In this document: in pieces, positions 1-9,243 of the stretch
Position numbering within the stretch: the stretch's first letter is position 1
Layout: every line of letters begins with the position of its first letter
Assembly (NCBI GenBank): GCA_044222185.1
Contig: JBGANV010000002.1
Span: 384,001 to 448,000 of the forward strand
Source: Planctomycetota bacterium
Lineage (GTDB): Bacteria; Planctomycetota; GCA-002687715; CAIWVZ01
Direction: 5' to 3'
DNA length: 64,000 bases
Translations under genes and position numbers: made by a program
Notes under the pieces: model-generated
What the model saw: only the letters and a program-made list of their open reading frames with translations
The model's database searches: none
What the model was told of the DNA's origin: nothing

Positions 1-841
1 CGGAACGGCTTTCCTCGTTGGTGAGGAGCTTCGCCTGACGCATGGCGATCAGGAGATCGTCCCGCCGGAACGTCGCGCTGAGCACCGTTTCCTTGGGGAT
101 GACGGACTCGTACCGAGGGAACGCGCCGTCCACGAGTCGCGACGAGACCTCGGCGCGCTGAGTCTTGATCATCACCTGTCGGTCGTCGACGCAGAGCCGG
201 ATCGTCTGGTCCTCGTCCGTGACGACTTTCTCGAACGTGAGCAGGCCCTTGGTCGGAATGATGTGACCTGCGACGACCTTGTCCGGGTTGTCGACGGGCG
301 TGGACATCACGGCCATACGCTTGCCGTCCGTTCCGATCATGTGGGCCGTGTCGCCGTCGACCTGCAACCGCACGCCATTGAACGCGAAGCGGCTCCGCTC
401 CTTCGCTGCTGCGAAGTAGGTCTTGCGGACCATCGACCGGAAAGGCCCGCGCTGGAAGATGATCGCCTTTTGATCCTCGAACGCGGGGATCACGGGGAAC
501 TCCTCCGGGTTCTCGCTGAGGATCTTGAAGCGGCTCTTGCCGCTCGTGAGCTGGACCGTGCGGTCCTTCGTTTCGAAGACGACCTGCGGGCCTGTGCTCT
601 CCTTCAGGATCCCGACGACGCGCGCCACGGGAATCAGGATGTCGCCGCCCTCTTCGACGACGTCGAGGGGAACGCGATATCGGATCGCGACCTCGAGGTC
701 GGTCGCGAGAAGGGTCGCCCCATCAGGGCCGACCACCATTCGAAGGTTCTGCAGGATGGGCTTGATCGCCCGCGGTGAGACCACGGAACTCACGATCGTG
801 AACGCATCGAGCAGCCGTTGCCGGTTGCCGGTGAACTTCAT
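1..841 (-). CDS. dnaN: DNA polymerase III beta sliding clamp (3' end runs off window)
   Basis: Not in the ORF track. Manual translation from ATG at 841 gives MKFTGNRQRLLDAFTIVSSVVSPRAIKPILQNL...LATDLEVAIRY, then RFALNGV, GTDGKR and GAFPRYESVIP. GGGAGG SD upstream; lies directly downstream of dnaA. Confidence 0.96.
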   Translation of the reverse strand, partial: MKFTGNRQRLLDAFTIVSSVVSPRAIKPILQNLRMVVGPDGATLLATDLEVAIRYRVPLDVVEEGGDILIPVARVVGILKESTGPQVVFETKDRTVQLTSGKSRFKILSENPEEFPVIPAFEDQKAIIFQRGPFRSMVRKTYFAAAKERSRFAFNGVRLQVDGDTAHMIGTDGKRMAVMSTPVDNPDKVVAGHIIPTKGLLTFEKVVTDEDQTIRLCVDDRQVMIKTQRAEVSSRLVDGAFPRYESVIPKETVLSATFRRDDLLIAMRQAKLLTNEESRS

Positions 842-1259
842 GCGCGCGACGCCTCCCCAAATGGCGGGCGAATAACGAGTAACGAACCGCTCGCACCACA
901 ATTGCCGCGGTCTTCTCGATCCGCTTGAACGGCGGACACTATACCGCTCGAAAACCGCGTTCTCGACAGCGCCGCGCGAGACGGTTTCCGCGCCCGCGTC
1001 CCGGGAGTTCTCAAGAATGCAACGAAGCTCCTCGTCGGGGTTCGATGAACACGACCTGGACTCCGGCGCCGCCGCTGCCCGCATCGAGCATCCGCTGGAA
1101 ACGCGGGCACAACTGCCCGTGAAACCCTGGGTTATGCCGTCGGTAATTCAGATCGGTGCGCCCAACTTCTGGGATTCTCCGAGAAAAACCCGGCAAAGGC
1201 CCAGCCAAGCGCGCCAAAAACCTGGGTTTCTCCGAGAGTTCTCCACATCTCGACCGGGA
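842..1259. promoter_or_regulatory. Candidate oriC (dnaA-dnaN intergenic region) with DnaA-box-like 9-mers
   Basis: Classical position. TTCTCCACA at 1239-1247 is 1 mismatch from TTATCCACA; TTCTCGACA at 960-968; other TTCTC-core repeats. No clear AT-rich DUE. Confidence 0.55.
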
Positions 1260-2660
1260 TCAGCCCTGGAGGCTTCCCCCGAGACGTTGGGCCAGCTCCT
1301 CGAGAAGGCGGCGGAAGTCGGGATCGCTGTTCATCCGGATCTGCACTCGATCAGCCCCATAGAGGACGGTGCTGTGGTCCCGTCCGCCGAAATAGACGCC
1401 GATCTCCTCGAGCGACAGGCTCGTCAACTTGCGCGCGACGTACATGCAGACCTGGCGCGGCTCCGTGAGGGCCTTCGTGCGCCGTTTGCTCTGGAGCTCG
1501 GCGCGCCGCAGCCCGAAGTGCTCGGTCACGACGTTCACGATCTCGTCGAGCGTGATCTTGCGGCGGCGGTCCGTGAGCAGGTCGCTCAACGCCTCGCGCG
1601 CCATGGCGAGCGTGATCTCGAGCTTCATCAGCGTCGACTTGCCGACGACGCGCGTGACCGCACCCTCGAGCTCTCGGATGTTGCTCTGGACGTTCTGGGC
1701 GATGAAGTCGAGGACGTCGTCCGGGAGGAGGCAGCCCAGCTGGCTCGCCTTGCGAGACGCGATCTGGATGCGAGTCTCGAAGAGCGGCGGTTCGAGCTCG
1801 CAGACCATCCCCTGTTTGAACCGGCTCACCAGCCGTTCGGAGAGCGTCGGGATCTCCGGAGGGGGCGAATCACTCGAGAGAATGATCTGTTTGTTCAGCT
1901 GATGGAGCGCGTTGAACGTGTGGAAGAACTCTTCCTGGCTCCGGTCCTTGTTCGCGAGGAAGTGCACGTCGTCGACGAGGAAGACGTCGGTGTCGCGGTA
2001 GCGACCACGGAACGATTCGAGGTCGCCCTTCTCGACGGCGGAGATGAACTGGTTGATGAAGAACTCGCAGGACACGTAGACGATCCGCGGACGCGGAGTG
2101 CGCGAAAGCAGCGCGTGGCAGATCGCCTGCAGGAGATGCGTCTTGCCGAGGCCGACGCGCCCGTAGACGAAGAGCGGGTTGTAGAGGCGCCCTCGGTTCT
2201 CGACGACGGCTCGGGCAGCCGCGACGGCCAGTTCGTTGTGCGGTCCGACGACGAAGTTCTCGAACGTGTACTCGCGGTTGATGACGACGCCGCCTTCGGT
2301 GCGCGGGGCGGTATCGGCGGGCTGGGGCGCAGTGCGCGCGGTCGAAACGGGGGCGGCCAGGGGTTCAGTCGAGAAGGGCTGCGCCTCACGGTTCGGACCA
2401 CCGCCATCGTGCGTCACGGAGATCTCCACGCGCGTCCATCCAAGGGCTGCGGCGACGACCTCGCGCAGCACGCTCGCGTACTTCTTCCCCAGCCACTCGG
2501 CGACGAACGCCGTGGGAGCGACGATCTCCACCCTCTCAGCGGACTGGCGGCCCAGGCGGATGTCCCTGAACCAGGTGTCGAACTGGTTCGGGCTCACCTT
2601 TCCACGAAGGCTCTCAAGCACTGACTGCCAGGTTTCTGGCGTCACCGGATCAGATGGCAT
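1260..2660 (-). CDS. dnaA: Chromosomal replication initiator DnaA
   Basis: YTFENFVVG, YNPLFVYGRVGLGKTHLL (Walker A), LVDDVHF, QEEFFHTFN, RLVSRF, NIRELEGA, GGRDHSTV. Start placed at ATG 2660. Confidence 0.98.
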   Translation of the reverse strand: MPSDPVTPETWQSVLESLRGKVSPNQFDTWFRDIRLGRQSAERVEIVAPTAFVAEWLGKKYASVLREVVAAALGWTRVEISVTHDGGGPNREAQPFSTEPLAAPVSTARTAPQPADTAPRTEGGVVINREYTFENFVVGPHNELAVAAARAVVENRGRLYNPLFVYGRVGLGKTHLLQAICHALLSRTPRPRIVYVSCEFFINQFISAVEKGDLESFRGRYRDTDVFLVDDVHFLANKDRSQEEFFHTFNALHQLNKQIILSSDSPPPEIPTLSERLVSRFKQGMVCELEPPLFETRIQIASRKASQLGCLLPDDVLDFIAQNVQSNIRELEGAVTRVVGKSTLMKLEITLAMAREALSDLLTDRRRKITLDEIVNVVTEHFGLRRAELQSKRRTKALTEPRQVCMYVARKLTSLSLEEIGVYFGGRDHSTVLYGADRVQIRMNSDPDFRRLLEELAQRLGGSLQG

Positions 2661-3084
2661 ACGTCCCCGCCGCAGCACGCGTGCAAACGTGCTAAATCCC
2701 TTTGTTCCAACGGCTTAGCGCAAACTTCCGCCCGAGTACAGGTGCCGTTCGATCCGGCAGGTCGGTCAAAAGCGGGCGGGATTCTAAGGCGGTCTCCAAC
2801 GTGTGCAAAAGTAATTCGCTCACTTGTTCTCGACCCTGCCTCCCCAGGGCTGTGTTGAAGAATTCTTAAGGCTTCTGCCACTTCAAGATGAAGCCTTTCG
2901 AGCGCGGCGCCGGATGGCGAACGGCACGCCTCAGTTTTTTTCCAATCGACCGACTGTGGGGGCACCCCCGACGACCCCCACCGCCGCCGAGAATTTTTCC
3001 GTTAGCACTTAACTCGTTTGCGAGTCTCTGCTTGGAGAATCCTCAGCGAATCCCGGCCACGCACCGGCCGCGCTGAGGGCGACT

Positions 3085-4239
3085 TCAGCCCGGCCCGGCG
3101 ACGGAAGGACCGCCTGAAAACACGGCGGCGAAGCGGTCGGCGGCCTCGATCGAGTCAGCCACCGTCTGCCGGCAGCCGAACGAGATCCTCACGCTCCCCA
3201 GGTTGTCGACCTTGGACAGGCCCATCGCCGCGAGGACGTGGCTCGGCCGCGCCGCACCGCTGGAGCAGGCCGAGCCCAGGCTGACGGCCACACCGGCCAG
3301 GTCGAGCGCGAGAAGCAGGCCCTCCCCCGTCCGCCCACCGCAGCGCAGGTTCAGCGTGCCTGGAACGCGGGCCGTGGCATCAGGGCCGTTCCGGACGAAA
3401 GCCACCGAACGACTCGTCAGGCGATCCAGAAACGCCCGCTCGAGGCCTGCGAGGTTCGTGCGCCATTCGGCCCCCTCCAACGCAGCCAGGCGAGCCGCCG
3501 CTCCGAATCCGACGATCGCCGCGACGTTCTCGGTTCCGGCGCGACGCTCGCGCTCCTGTCCTCCTCCGACGAACAGCGGTGGGATGCGCGCACCGTTTCG
3601 AAGGACGAGTGCGCCCGCCCCCTTGGGGCCGCCGATCTTGTGCGCGGAGATGGAGAGCGTCGTCGCTGGCAGGGCTCCTGGGCTGTAGTCGAGCTTCCCA
3701 GGCGCCTGCACCGCATCCACGTGGAGCGGGACTCCCCTGGCAGAACAGAGGTCCCACGCCGGCGCGATCGGTTGGATCGACCCCACCTCGTTGTTCACCG
3801 CCATGATCGCCACCCCCGAGCACGGCTGCGCCAGGGACGCCTCCAGCGCGGCCAGCGAAAGCACGCCGGTCCCGTCCACGCCAACCCGCTCGACGACGAC
3901 GCCGTCGCGCCGCTGGGACTCGGCTGCTTCGAGGACGGACGGGTGCTCGACGGCGGAAACGAGGAGGCGCCGCGGCTGGCGCGGAAGCGACCCGAGCCAT
4001 CTCAGGGCCCAGTTGTTCGCCTCCGTGGCGCCAGAGCAGAAGACGACATCCCGCGGGTCGACCTGCAGCAGGGCCGCGACCGAATCCCGCGCGTCCTCGA
4101 CGGCCCGGCGTGCCTCCCTCCCCTCGCCGTGGAGGCTGCTTGGATTGCCGTAACTCCCTTTCAGGAATGGGAGCATCGCATCCAACACCCGCGGGTCGAG
4201 GGGCGTCGTCGCATTGTGGTCGAGGTAGATCCTTTTCAT
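3085..4239 (-). CDS. iscS: Cysteine desulfurase (IscS/NifS family)
   Basis: IYLDHNATTP, YGNPSSLH, SGATEANN, HVDAVQA, SAHKIGGPKG (PLP Lys), GSACSSG (catalytic Cys). Confidence 0.92.
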   Translation of the reverse strand: MKRIYLDHNATTPLDPRVLDAMLPFLKGSYGNPSSLHGEGREARRAVEDARDSVAALLQVDPRDVVFCSGATEANNWALRWLGSLPRQPRRLLVSAVEHPSVLEAAESQRRDGVVVERVGVDGTGVLSLAALEASLAQPCSGVAIMAVNNEVGSIQPIAPAWDLCSARGVPLHVDAVQAPGKLDYSPGALPATTLSISAHKIGGPKGAGALVLRNGARIPPLFVGGGQERERRAGTENVAAIVGFGAAARLAALEGAEWRTNLAGLERAFLDRLTSRSVAFVRNGPDATARVPGTLNLRCGGRTGEGLLLALDLAGVAVSLGSACSSGAARPSHVLAAMGLSKVDNLGSVRISFGCRQTVADSIEAADRFAAVFSGGPSVAGPG

Positions 4240-4346
4240 GTCAAGCCGCAGCCGCGCAAATTCCGAAGATTGCTCCGGCTTGGACGACCAGTGCGGGATC
4301 ACTGGACGCCGGGCCAAGAGGGACCCTTGGGGAAGACACGCAACCC

Positions 4347-5003
4347 ATGAGCGTTGTGAACACCCGCGACCGAACGATCAACACCAAGATCGTCTACTAC
4401 GGTCCCGCACTCGGCGGAAAGACGACGAGCCTGAAGCACCTGCACACGACGCTCGATCCGCAGGGCAACGTGCGCTTCATCTCGCTGAAGACGGACGACG
4501 AACGCACCGTGTTCTTCGATCTGTTGCCCATCGATCTGGGCGACTTCGACAAGTTCCGCTTCAAGATCAGCACGTACACCGTGCCGGGCCAGGTCAAGTA
4601 CAACCTGACGCGACGCCACGTCCTTGCGGGAGCGGATGCGGTCGTATTCGTGGCGGACTCGCAGCGCGGACGCGTAGCCGAGAACGTCCAGGTCCTCGCG
4701 TCGCTCTTCGACAACCTCGAGGCCAACGGTCTCGACGCAGGCCAGATCCCCATCGTCTTCCAATACAACAAGCGCGATGTCCCCGACGTCGCATCGGTCG
4801 AGGAGCTCGAGGCCGCGCTGAATCAGATCTCCGCGCCGCACTTCGAGAGCGAGGCCACCACCGGGCGAGGCGTCTTCCCCGCATTCGTCGCGGCGGCCCG
4901 CTCGATGTTCGACCTCATCGCGCATCGCTACGGACTGGCATCGGGGCAGGTCGGGATCGGCGAACTCGCCGCACGGCACCTCGTCGCCATGGACCGCGTG
5001 TGA
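4347..5003 (+). CDS. MglA-like small Ras-family GTPase
   Basis: KIVYYGPALGGKTTSL, RTVFFD, YTVPGQ, VFVADSQ, QYNKRD, all MglA signature motifs. Confidence 0.9.
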   Translation: MSVVNTRDRTINTKIVYYGPALGGKTTSLKHLHTTLDPQGNVRFISLKTDDERTVFFDLLPIDLGDFDKFRFKISTYTVPGQVKYNLTRRHVLAGADAVVFVADSQRGRVAENVQVLASLFDNLEANGLDAGQIPIVFQYNKRDVPDVASVEELEAALNQISAPHFESEATTGRGVFPAFVAAARSMFDLIAHRYGLASGQVGIGELAARHLVAMDRV

Positions 5004-5007
5004 GCCG

Positions 5008-6138
5008 TCAGCTCTCCCAAGCCGCTTCGTAGGCCGCCTCGTAGAGAGGCACGACCAGGTCCGTTCGGAAGCGCGCCACGGCCTTCGCTCGACCCGCTTC
5101 GGAGAACGCGCGCTTCTTCTCCGGATCCGAGAGCATGTCCGCGAGCCGTCTCGCCATGGCGTCGACGTCTCCGAGCGGCTCGAGGATGCCGTCGACCCCA
5201 TCCGTAACGACCTCCGGCAGACCGCCGGCGCGAGCGCCGACGACGGGCACGCCGCAAGACAACGCCTCGAGCGCGGCCAGGCCGAACGATTCACCCGCAG
5301 ACGGCAGAAGCAGCGCGTCGGCAGCCGCGAGCGCATTCTCGACCGCCGTCACGGCACCGACCATCGTCACGCGATCGAGGACGCCCAGTTGCTCAGCCGT
5401 GCGCTCGGCGAGGACGCGGTCAGGCCCATCACCGACCATCACGAGCCGCGTCGGATGTCGCTCGTTCACCTTGGCGAAGATGCGGACGACGTCGCCGACT
5501 CTCTTCACGGGGCGAAAGTTCGACACGTGGATGAGCTTCCATTCGCCCTCCGGCGCGAAGCACTTCCGCCACTCGGATGCGAGGTTCGGGTTGAACCGTT
5601 CCGTGTCGACGAAATTCGGGATCGCGCGAACGTTGCATCCCCGACAGATCTGCTCTTCCGTCTCCACTCGCAGGAACTCGGACACAGCAGTGACGGCGTC
5701 CGCCTTCTGCAACGCGAACCTCGTGATGGGGCGATAGGCGGGATCGGAACCGATCAGCGTGATGTCGGTTCCATGCAACGTCGTCACGACGCGCACGCGC
5801 TCACGCCCGACGATCTCGCGGGCGAGGAATGCAGCGATGCTGTGTGGAATCGCGTAGTGCGCGTGGAGGATGTCGAGGCCGTAGCGGTACGTGATGTCCG
5901 ACAGTCGACTCGAGAGAGCCATCACGAACGGTGGGTACTTGAAGAGCGGGTAGTCGGAGACGTCCACCTCGTGGAAGTAAAGCCCCTTGCTGATCCCCAT
6001 GCGGGCCGGGCTGTCGTACGAAACGACGTGAACCTCGTGCCCGCGCGCCGCGAGTGCGGACGCGAGCTCGACGGCAACGGTGCCCGAGCCGCCGATCGTC
6101 GGGTAACAGGAGATGCCGATCTTCAGCTTGCGGCTCAT
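5008..6138 (-). CDS. bshA: N-acetyl-alpha-D-glucosaminyl L-malate synthase BshA
   Basis: KIGISCYPTIGGSG, YPLFKYPP, LHAHYAIPH, TTLHGTDIT, HVSNFRPVKR, ESFGLAALEA. Confidence 0.95.
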   Translation of the reverse strand: MSRKLKIGISCYPTIGGSGTVAVELASALAARGHEVHVVSYDSPARMGISKGLYFHEVDVSDYPLFKYPPFVMALSSRLSDITYRYGLDILHAHYAIPHSIAAFLAREIVGRERVRVVTTLHGTDITLIGSDPAYRPITRFALQKADAVTAVSEFLRVETEEQICRGCNVRAIPNFVDTERFNPNLASEWRKCFAPEGEWKLIHVSNFRPVKRVGDVVRIFAKVNERHPTRLVMVGDGPDRVLAERTAEQLGVLDRVTMVGAVTAVENALAAADALLLPSAGESFGLAALEALSCGVPVVGARAGGLPEVVTDGVDGILEPLGDVDAMARRLADMLSDPEKKRAFSEAGRAKAVARFRTDLVVPLYEAAYEAAWES

Positions 6139-6881
6139 CCGGGTGTCTTCGTCTTCGGGTAGTAGCCGAAGTCTTCGAATTGGGCGACGGGATCTTCGAC
6201 GCGGAGCGGCGTCGCGACGTGGAATGGTTCGCCGAACCCGGCCCCGACCATGTTGCCGTAATGACGCGCACGACCTTCCCACCAGTCCCAGAATCGCGAG
6301 CTCGAGATGTAGGTCGCCGGCTCGGTCGACGCCGGGTCGAAGAACTGACTTCGATAGGCGAGGCAGGCTTCTTTCTTCCGCGCGAAGTGCGGCGTGATGT
6401 CGACGACGAACGATGGCGGGAACTGCGTGTGTGACGCGTACTCGAGGACGGCCCGCGGCCGATGAGCCGCTCCGCTCGCGTTCCACTTCCTGATCCCCGA
6501 GAGAAACGCAGCGTCGTGAATGATCCGGGCGGCGTGGGCGTGATCGGGATGGAGATCGTCCGTTCGCGGCGCGAGCACGATCGTCGGCTTGAAGCGCCTG
6601 ATGACCTCGACGACGCGACGGCGCGAGTCGTCGTTCAGCAGTACGCCTCCGTCCGGGAGCTCGAGATTGACGCGCGTCTCGACGCCGAGGAGACGTGCCG
6701 CCTCCCGGGCCTCACGCTCCCGAATCTCGGGAGTGCCGCGCGTGCCGAGTTCCCCGCGCGTGCAGTCGACGATCACGACGGATCGCCCACGGGCGATCAT
6801 GCCCAAGATGGTCCCGCCCACTCCCAGTTCGACGTCATCGGGATGCGCTCCGAACGCGAGCACGTCGGCCGTCTCAGCCAT
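6135..6881 (-). CDS. bshB1: Bacillithiol biosynthesis deacetylase BshB1
   Basis: AFGAHPDDVELG, TRGELGTRGT, HPDH, AYRSQF. Overlaps the bshA start. Confidence 0.93.
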   Translation of the reverse strand: MAETADVLAFGAHPDDVELGVGGTILGMIARGRSVVIVDCTRGELGTRGTPEIREREAREAARLLGVETRVNLELPDGGVLLNDDSRRRVVEVIRRFKPTIVLAPRTDDLHPDHAHAARIIHDAAFLSGIRKWNASGAAHRPRAVLEYASHTQFPPSFVVDITPHFARKKEACLAYRSQFFDPASTEPATYISSSRFWDWWEGRARHYGNMVGAGFGEPFHVATPLRVEDPVAQFEDFGYYPKTKTPG

Positions 6882-8469
6882 CGGTCTGATCCTCCTGTTC
6901 GAGCGTGCAGACGACGTGGCGCGAATCGAACGGGTCCAGCGTTTCGAGCCACCGTCGGATGGCCGGAAGTCGGGCGCGTGTCAGCAGCGAGAGGATGGAG
7001 ATCATCCGGTCCTGCGGCTTGCCCTTCGGATGGACCCAATCCGACAACCTGCCGCGGCGGCCCTGGTCGACTCCGGCCTCGCGCTCGCGGTCCTTGCGGA
7101 AGGTCTCCTCGAGCTTCTCCAGCGATTGCCGCGTCCGCTGCCACCATCCGTCGACCGCGCGCTGGAGCGGTTCGTTGCCTGCCGCCGCGGCCAACCCTTC
7201 GCGCGCCGTTTCATTCAGCTCGCGGGCGCGCCCGAACGCAGGAGGGAGCACGGTGTCCGCAGATACGGGCCACTGCTGCGGGTCATCGAGCAGTTTGGCG
7301 CCGTGCAATCCGAGTCGAACGCGAAGCTCCGCGTCCTTCGGCCCGAGCACGGTCGACGCAGGACGCTGGAGGATCACAGGAAGTGGTTGATCGAACGCGC
7401 GGAAGAGTGACGGGAACTGGGCGAAGTACGCGACCTCGGCCGGTCCGCCGATCTGCGCGACGACGGGCAGGATCATCTGCTGAACGATGGGTCTCAGCTG
7501 CACGTTGGTCGAGAAACCGGCAGGTCGTGAGTCGAGGCGGCCGAGCAGTTCGGAGGTCGAATACTCACCCTGACCCTCGATCGTCCACTTCGCACCAGAC
7601 CGGATCCTGCGACGCACGCCGTCGTCGTCGACCCAGAACAGCATGCTCGCCTCGGCCGGTTGGATCTGCGGCTCCATTCCGTGCGAGACGAGGCTCTGCG
7701 TGTCCCCCATGAACGCCTCGTGCAAGGTCTGTGGATCCGTGACTGCGCGGCGGATCACGGGCGTCACGAGGGATCGAAACCAGAACGGTTCCGCGATGAG
7801 AAGGTCTGTGTCCGCGAAGACGTGTGCCACGATTCGGGATGTCCACGCGGCGAAGTTCTCACCACTCCGCGGACGCAGCACCGCTGCCTCGAGGGTGGAG
7901 TCGAGCTGCAACTGGCGGAGGATCTCCTCCGCAAAGGCGACGACGCCTTCGTCCAACGGGATGAGTCCGAGACAGCGCCCGAGATCCTCGATGGGAGCGC
8001 GAAGCCTGTGAACTCCATCGGCCTTGGGCAGCTCGAGTCGATTCGTCTCCTCGAGGTCGTGATCCTCCGACTGATTCCAGAAGACGGGCACGACGGGTCG
8101 GTGCAGCTCCCGTGCCAGGCGACGGGAAAGCTGCACTGCTCCGGCGACCTTCTCCAACGTGAACAATGGACCGCCGAAGAGACCAGGCTGCTGCCCCGTG
8201 ATCACGACCAGTGCGTCGCGGTGCGCCAGCATCTGCACGCGCCGCTCTGCGCCATCGCCGAAGAGTTTCGTGTTCTCGAGCAAGAACGTCGCGCAGACAC
8301 GTTCACGCATCGTCCCGTCGAACGCGACTTCGGATGCAACCTCGCGAATGCCGTCGAGGGAGGATGGTCTGGGATAGTGGCGAGCGATCCACGACTCCGT
8401 TCTCGTCACGGCAAGCCGTGACAACGGGTGCCCGAATGGACGCGGGTGCTCCAATCGCTCGATCTTCAA
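6874..8469 (-). CDS. bshC: Bacillithiol cysteine-adding enzyme BshC
   Basis: VITGQQPGLFGGPLFTLEK, PVFWNQSEDHDLEE, FSTNVQLRPIVQ, GGPAEVAYFAQ, PKGKPQDR. Confidence 0.93.
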   Translation of the reverse strand: MKIERLEHPRPFGHPLSRLAVTRTESWIARHYPRPSSLDGIREVASEVAFDGTMRERVCATFLLENTKLFGDGAERRVQMLAHRDALVVITGQQPGLFGGPLFTLEKVAGAVQLSRRLARELHRPVVPVFWNQSEDHDLEETNRLELPKADGVHRLRAPIEDLGRCLGLIPLDEGVVAFAEEILRQLQLDSTLEAAVLRPRSGENFAAWTSRIVAHVFADTDLLIAEPFWFRSLVTPVIRRAVTDPQTLHEAFMGDTQSLVSHGMEPQIQPAEASMLFWVDDDGVRRRIRSGAKWTIEGQGEYSTSELLGRLDSRPAGFSTNVQLRPIVQQMILPVVAQIGGPAEVAYFAQFPSLFRAFDQPLPVILQRPASTVLGPKDAELRVRLGLHGAKLLDDPQQWPVSADTVLPPAFGRARELNETAREGLAAAAGNEPLQRAVDGWWQRTRQSLEKLEETFRKDREREAGVDQGRRGRLSDWVHPKGKPQDRMISILSLLTRARLPAIRRWLETLDPFDSRHVVCTLEQEDQTDG

Positions 8470-9215
8470 CAGGCCTTCTCCGCGACGAGGATGAGACGAT
8501 CGCCACGCTCGACCGGCCGACCATCGAAACCGCCGGACCGGCGGAGAATTCGGAGGTCCGCGCGCGACATCATCTCGGTGATCTCCGTTTCGTTGAACAC
8601 GCGGACGTTCTCCTCGTGCTGGTGAACGACGACGCCTTCACCGTTCGTCACGACCACGGACTTTCGCACGCGGAAACCATCCCACGTTCGGGCGGCCGTC
8701 ACCGTGAACCCATCGCGGACGTCGTGCGATCGTGGAACGAGACTCCGTTCCAGAACCGTGGCATTTGGAAGGTCCATGAGCAGCCGACCCGCACCGCGCA
8801 GGACGCGCGCCATCTCGAGCAAGGCCGCAGCGTTCTCTGCGTCGGTCTCGAAGTAGCCGAACGACGTGAAGAAGCTCAGTACGTGATCGAACGTCGCTGC
8901 CGAGAATGGAAGCCGCCGTTGATCGGCGCGCACCAGATTGCGACTGCCACGATTCGACGCCTCCTCGATCAGCTGGGGCGAGAGATCCACGCCGACCGCA
9001 CATTCACTGTGTCGCTGCAGCGGGCGGAGGTGCCGGCCCATCCCGCAGCAGAGGTCGAGACATCGAGACGTCGGCTCGATGCCGAGCCATTTCACTGCGA
9101 CGTCGACTTCTGCCGCCGCCGTGGCCTCGTCGCGATGCGCGTACAGAGTCCCGTACCAGGCGCCGAACGCCTCCACGTACCAGGGCTGACGGGTTTTCGC
9201 GTCTGGCTCTTTCAT
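8466..9215 (-). CDS. Class I SAM-dependent methyltransferase coupled to bshC
   Basis: LDLCCGMGRH, GVDLS, FTSFGYF, LLEMARVLRGAGRLLMD. Stop overlaps the bshC start. Confidence 0.88.
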   Translation of the reverse strand: MKEPDAKTRQPWYVEAFGAWYGTLYAHRDEATAAAEVDVAVKWLGIEPTSRCLDLCCGMGRHLRPLQRHSECAVGVDLSPQLIEEASNRGSRNLVRADQRRLPFSAATFDHVLSFFTSFGYFETDAENAAALLEMARVLRGAGRLLMDLPNATVLERSLVPRSHDVRDGFTVTAARTWDGFRVRKSVVVTNGEGVVVHQHEENVRVFNETEITEMMSRADLRILRRSGGFDGRPVERGDRLILVAEKAC

Positions 9216-9243
9216 CGGGTCGCGATCCGTTGAACGCCGCCGA

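Noticed and set aside
869-887. DnaA-trio element before dnaN
   Set aside because: The A-rich stretch GAATAACGAGTAACGAAC lacks clean 3-nt periodicity.
1017-2624. 535-aa plus-strand ORF
   Set aside because: Antisense shadow of dnaA, common in high-GC DNA; no motifs.
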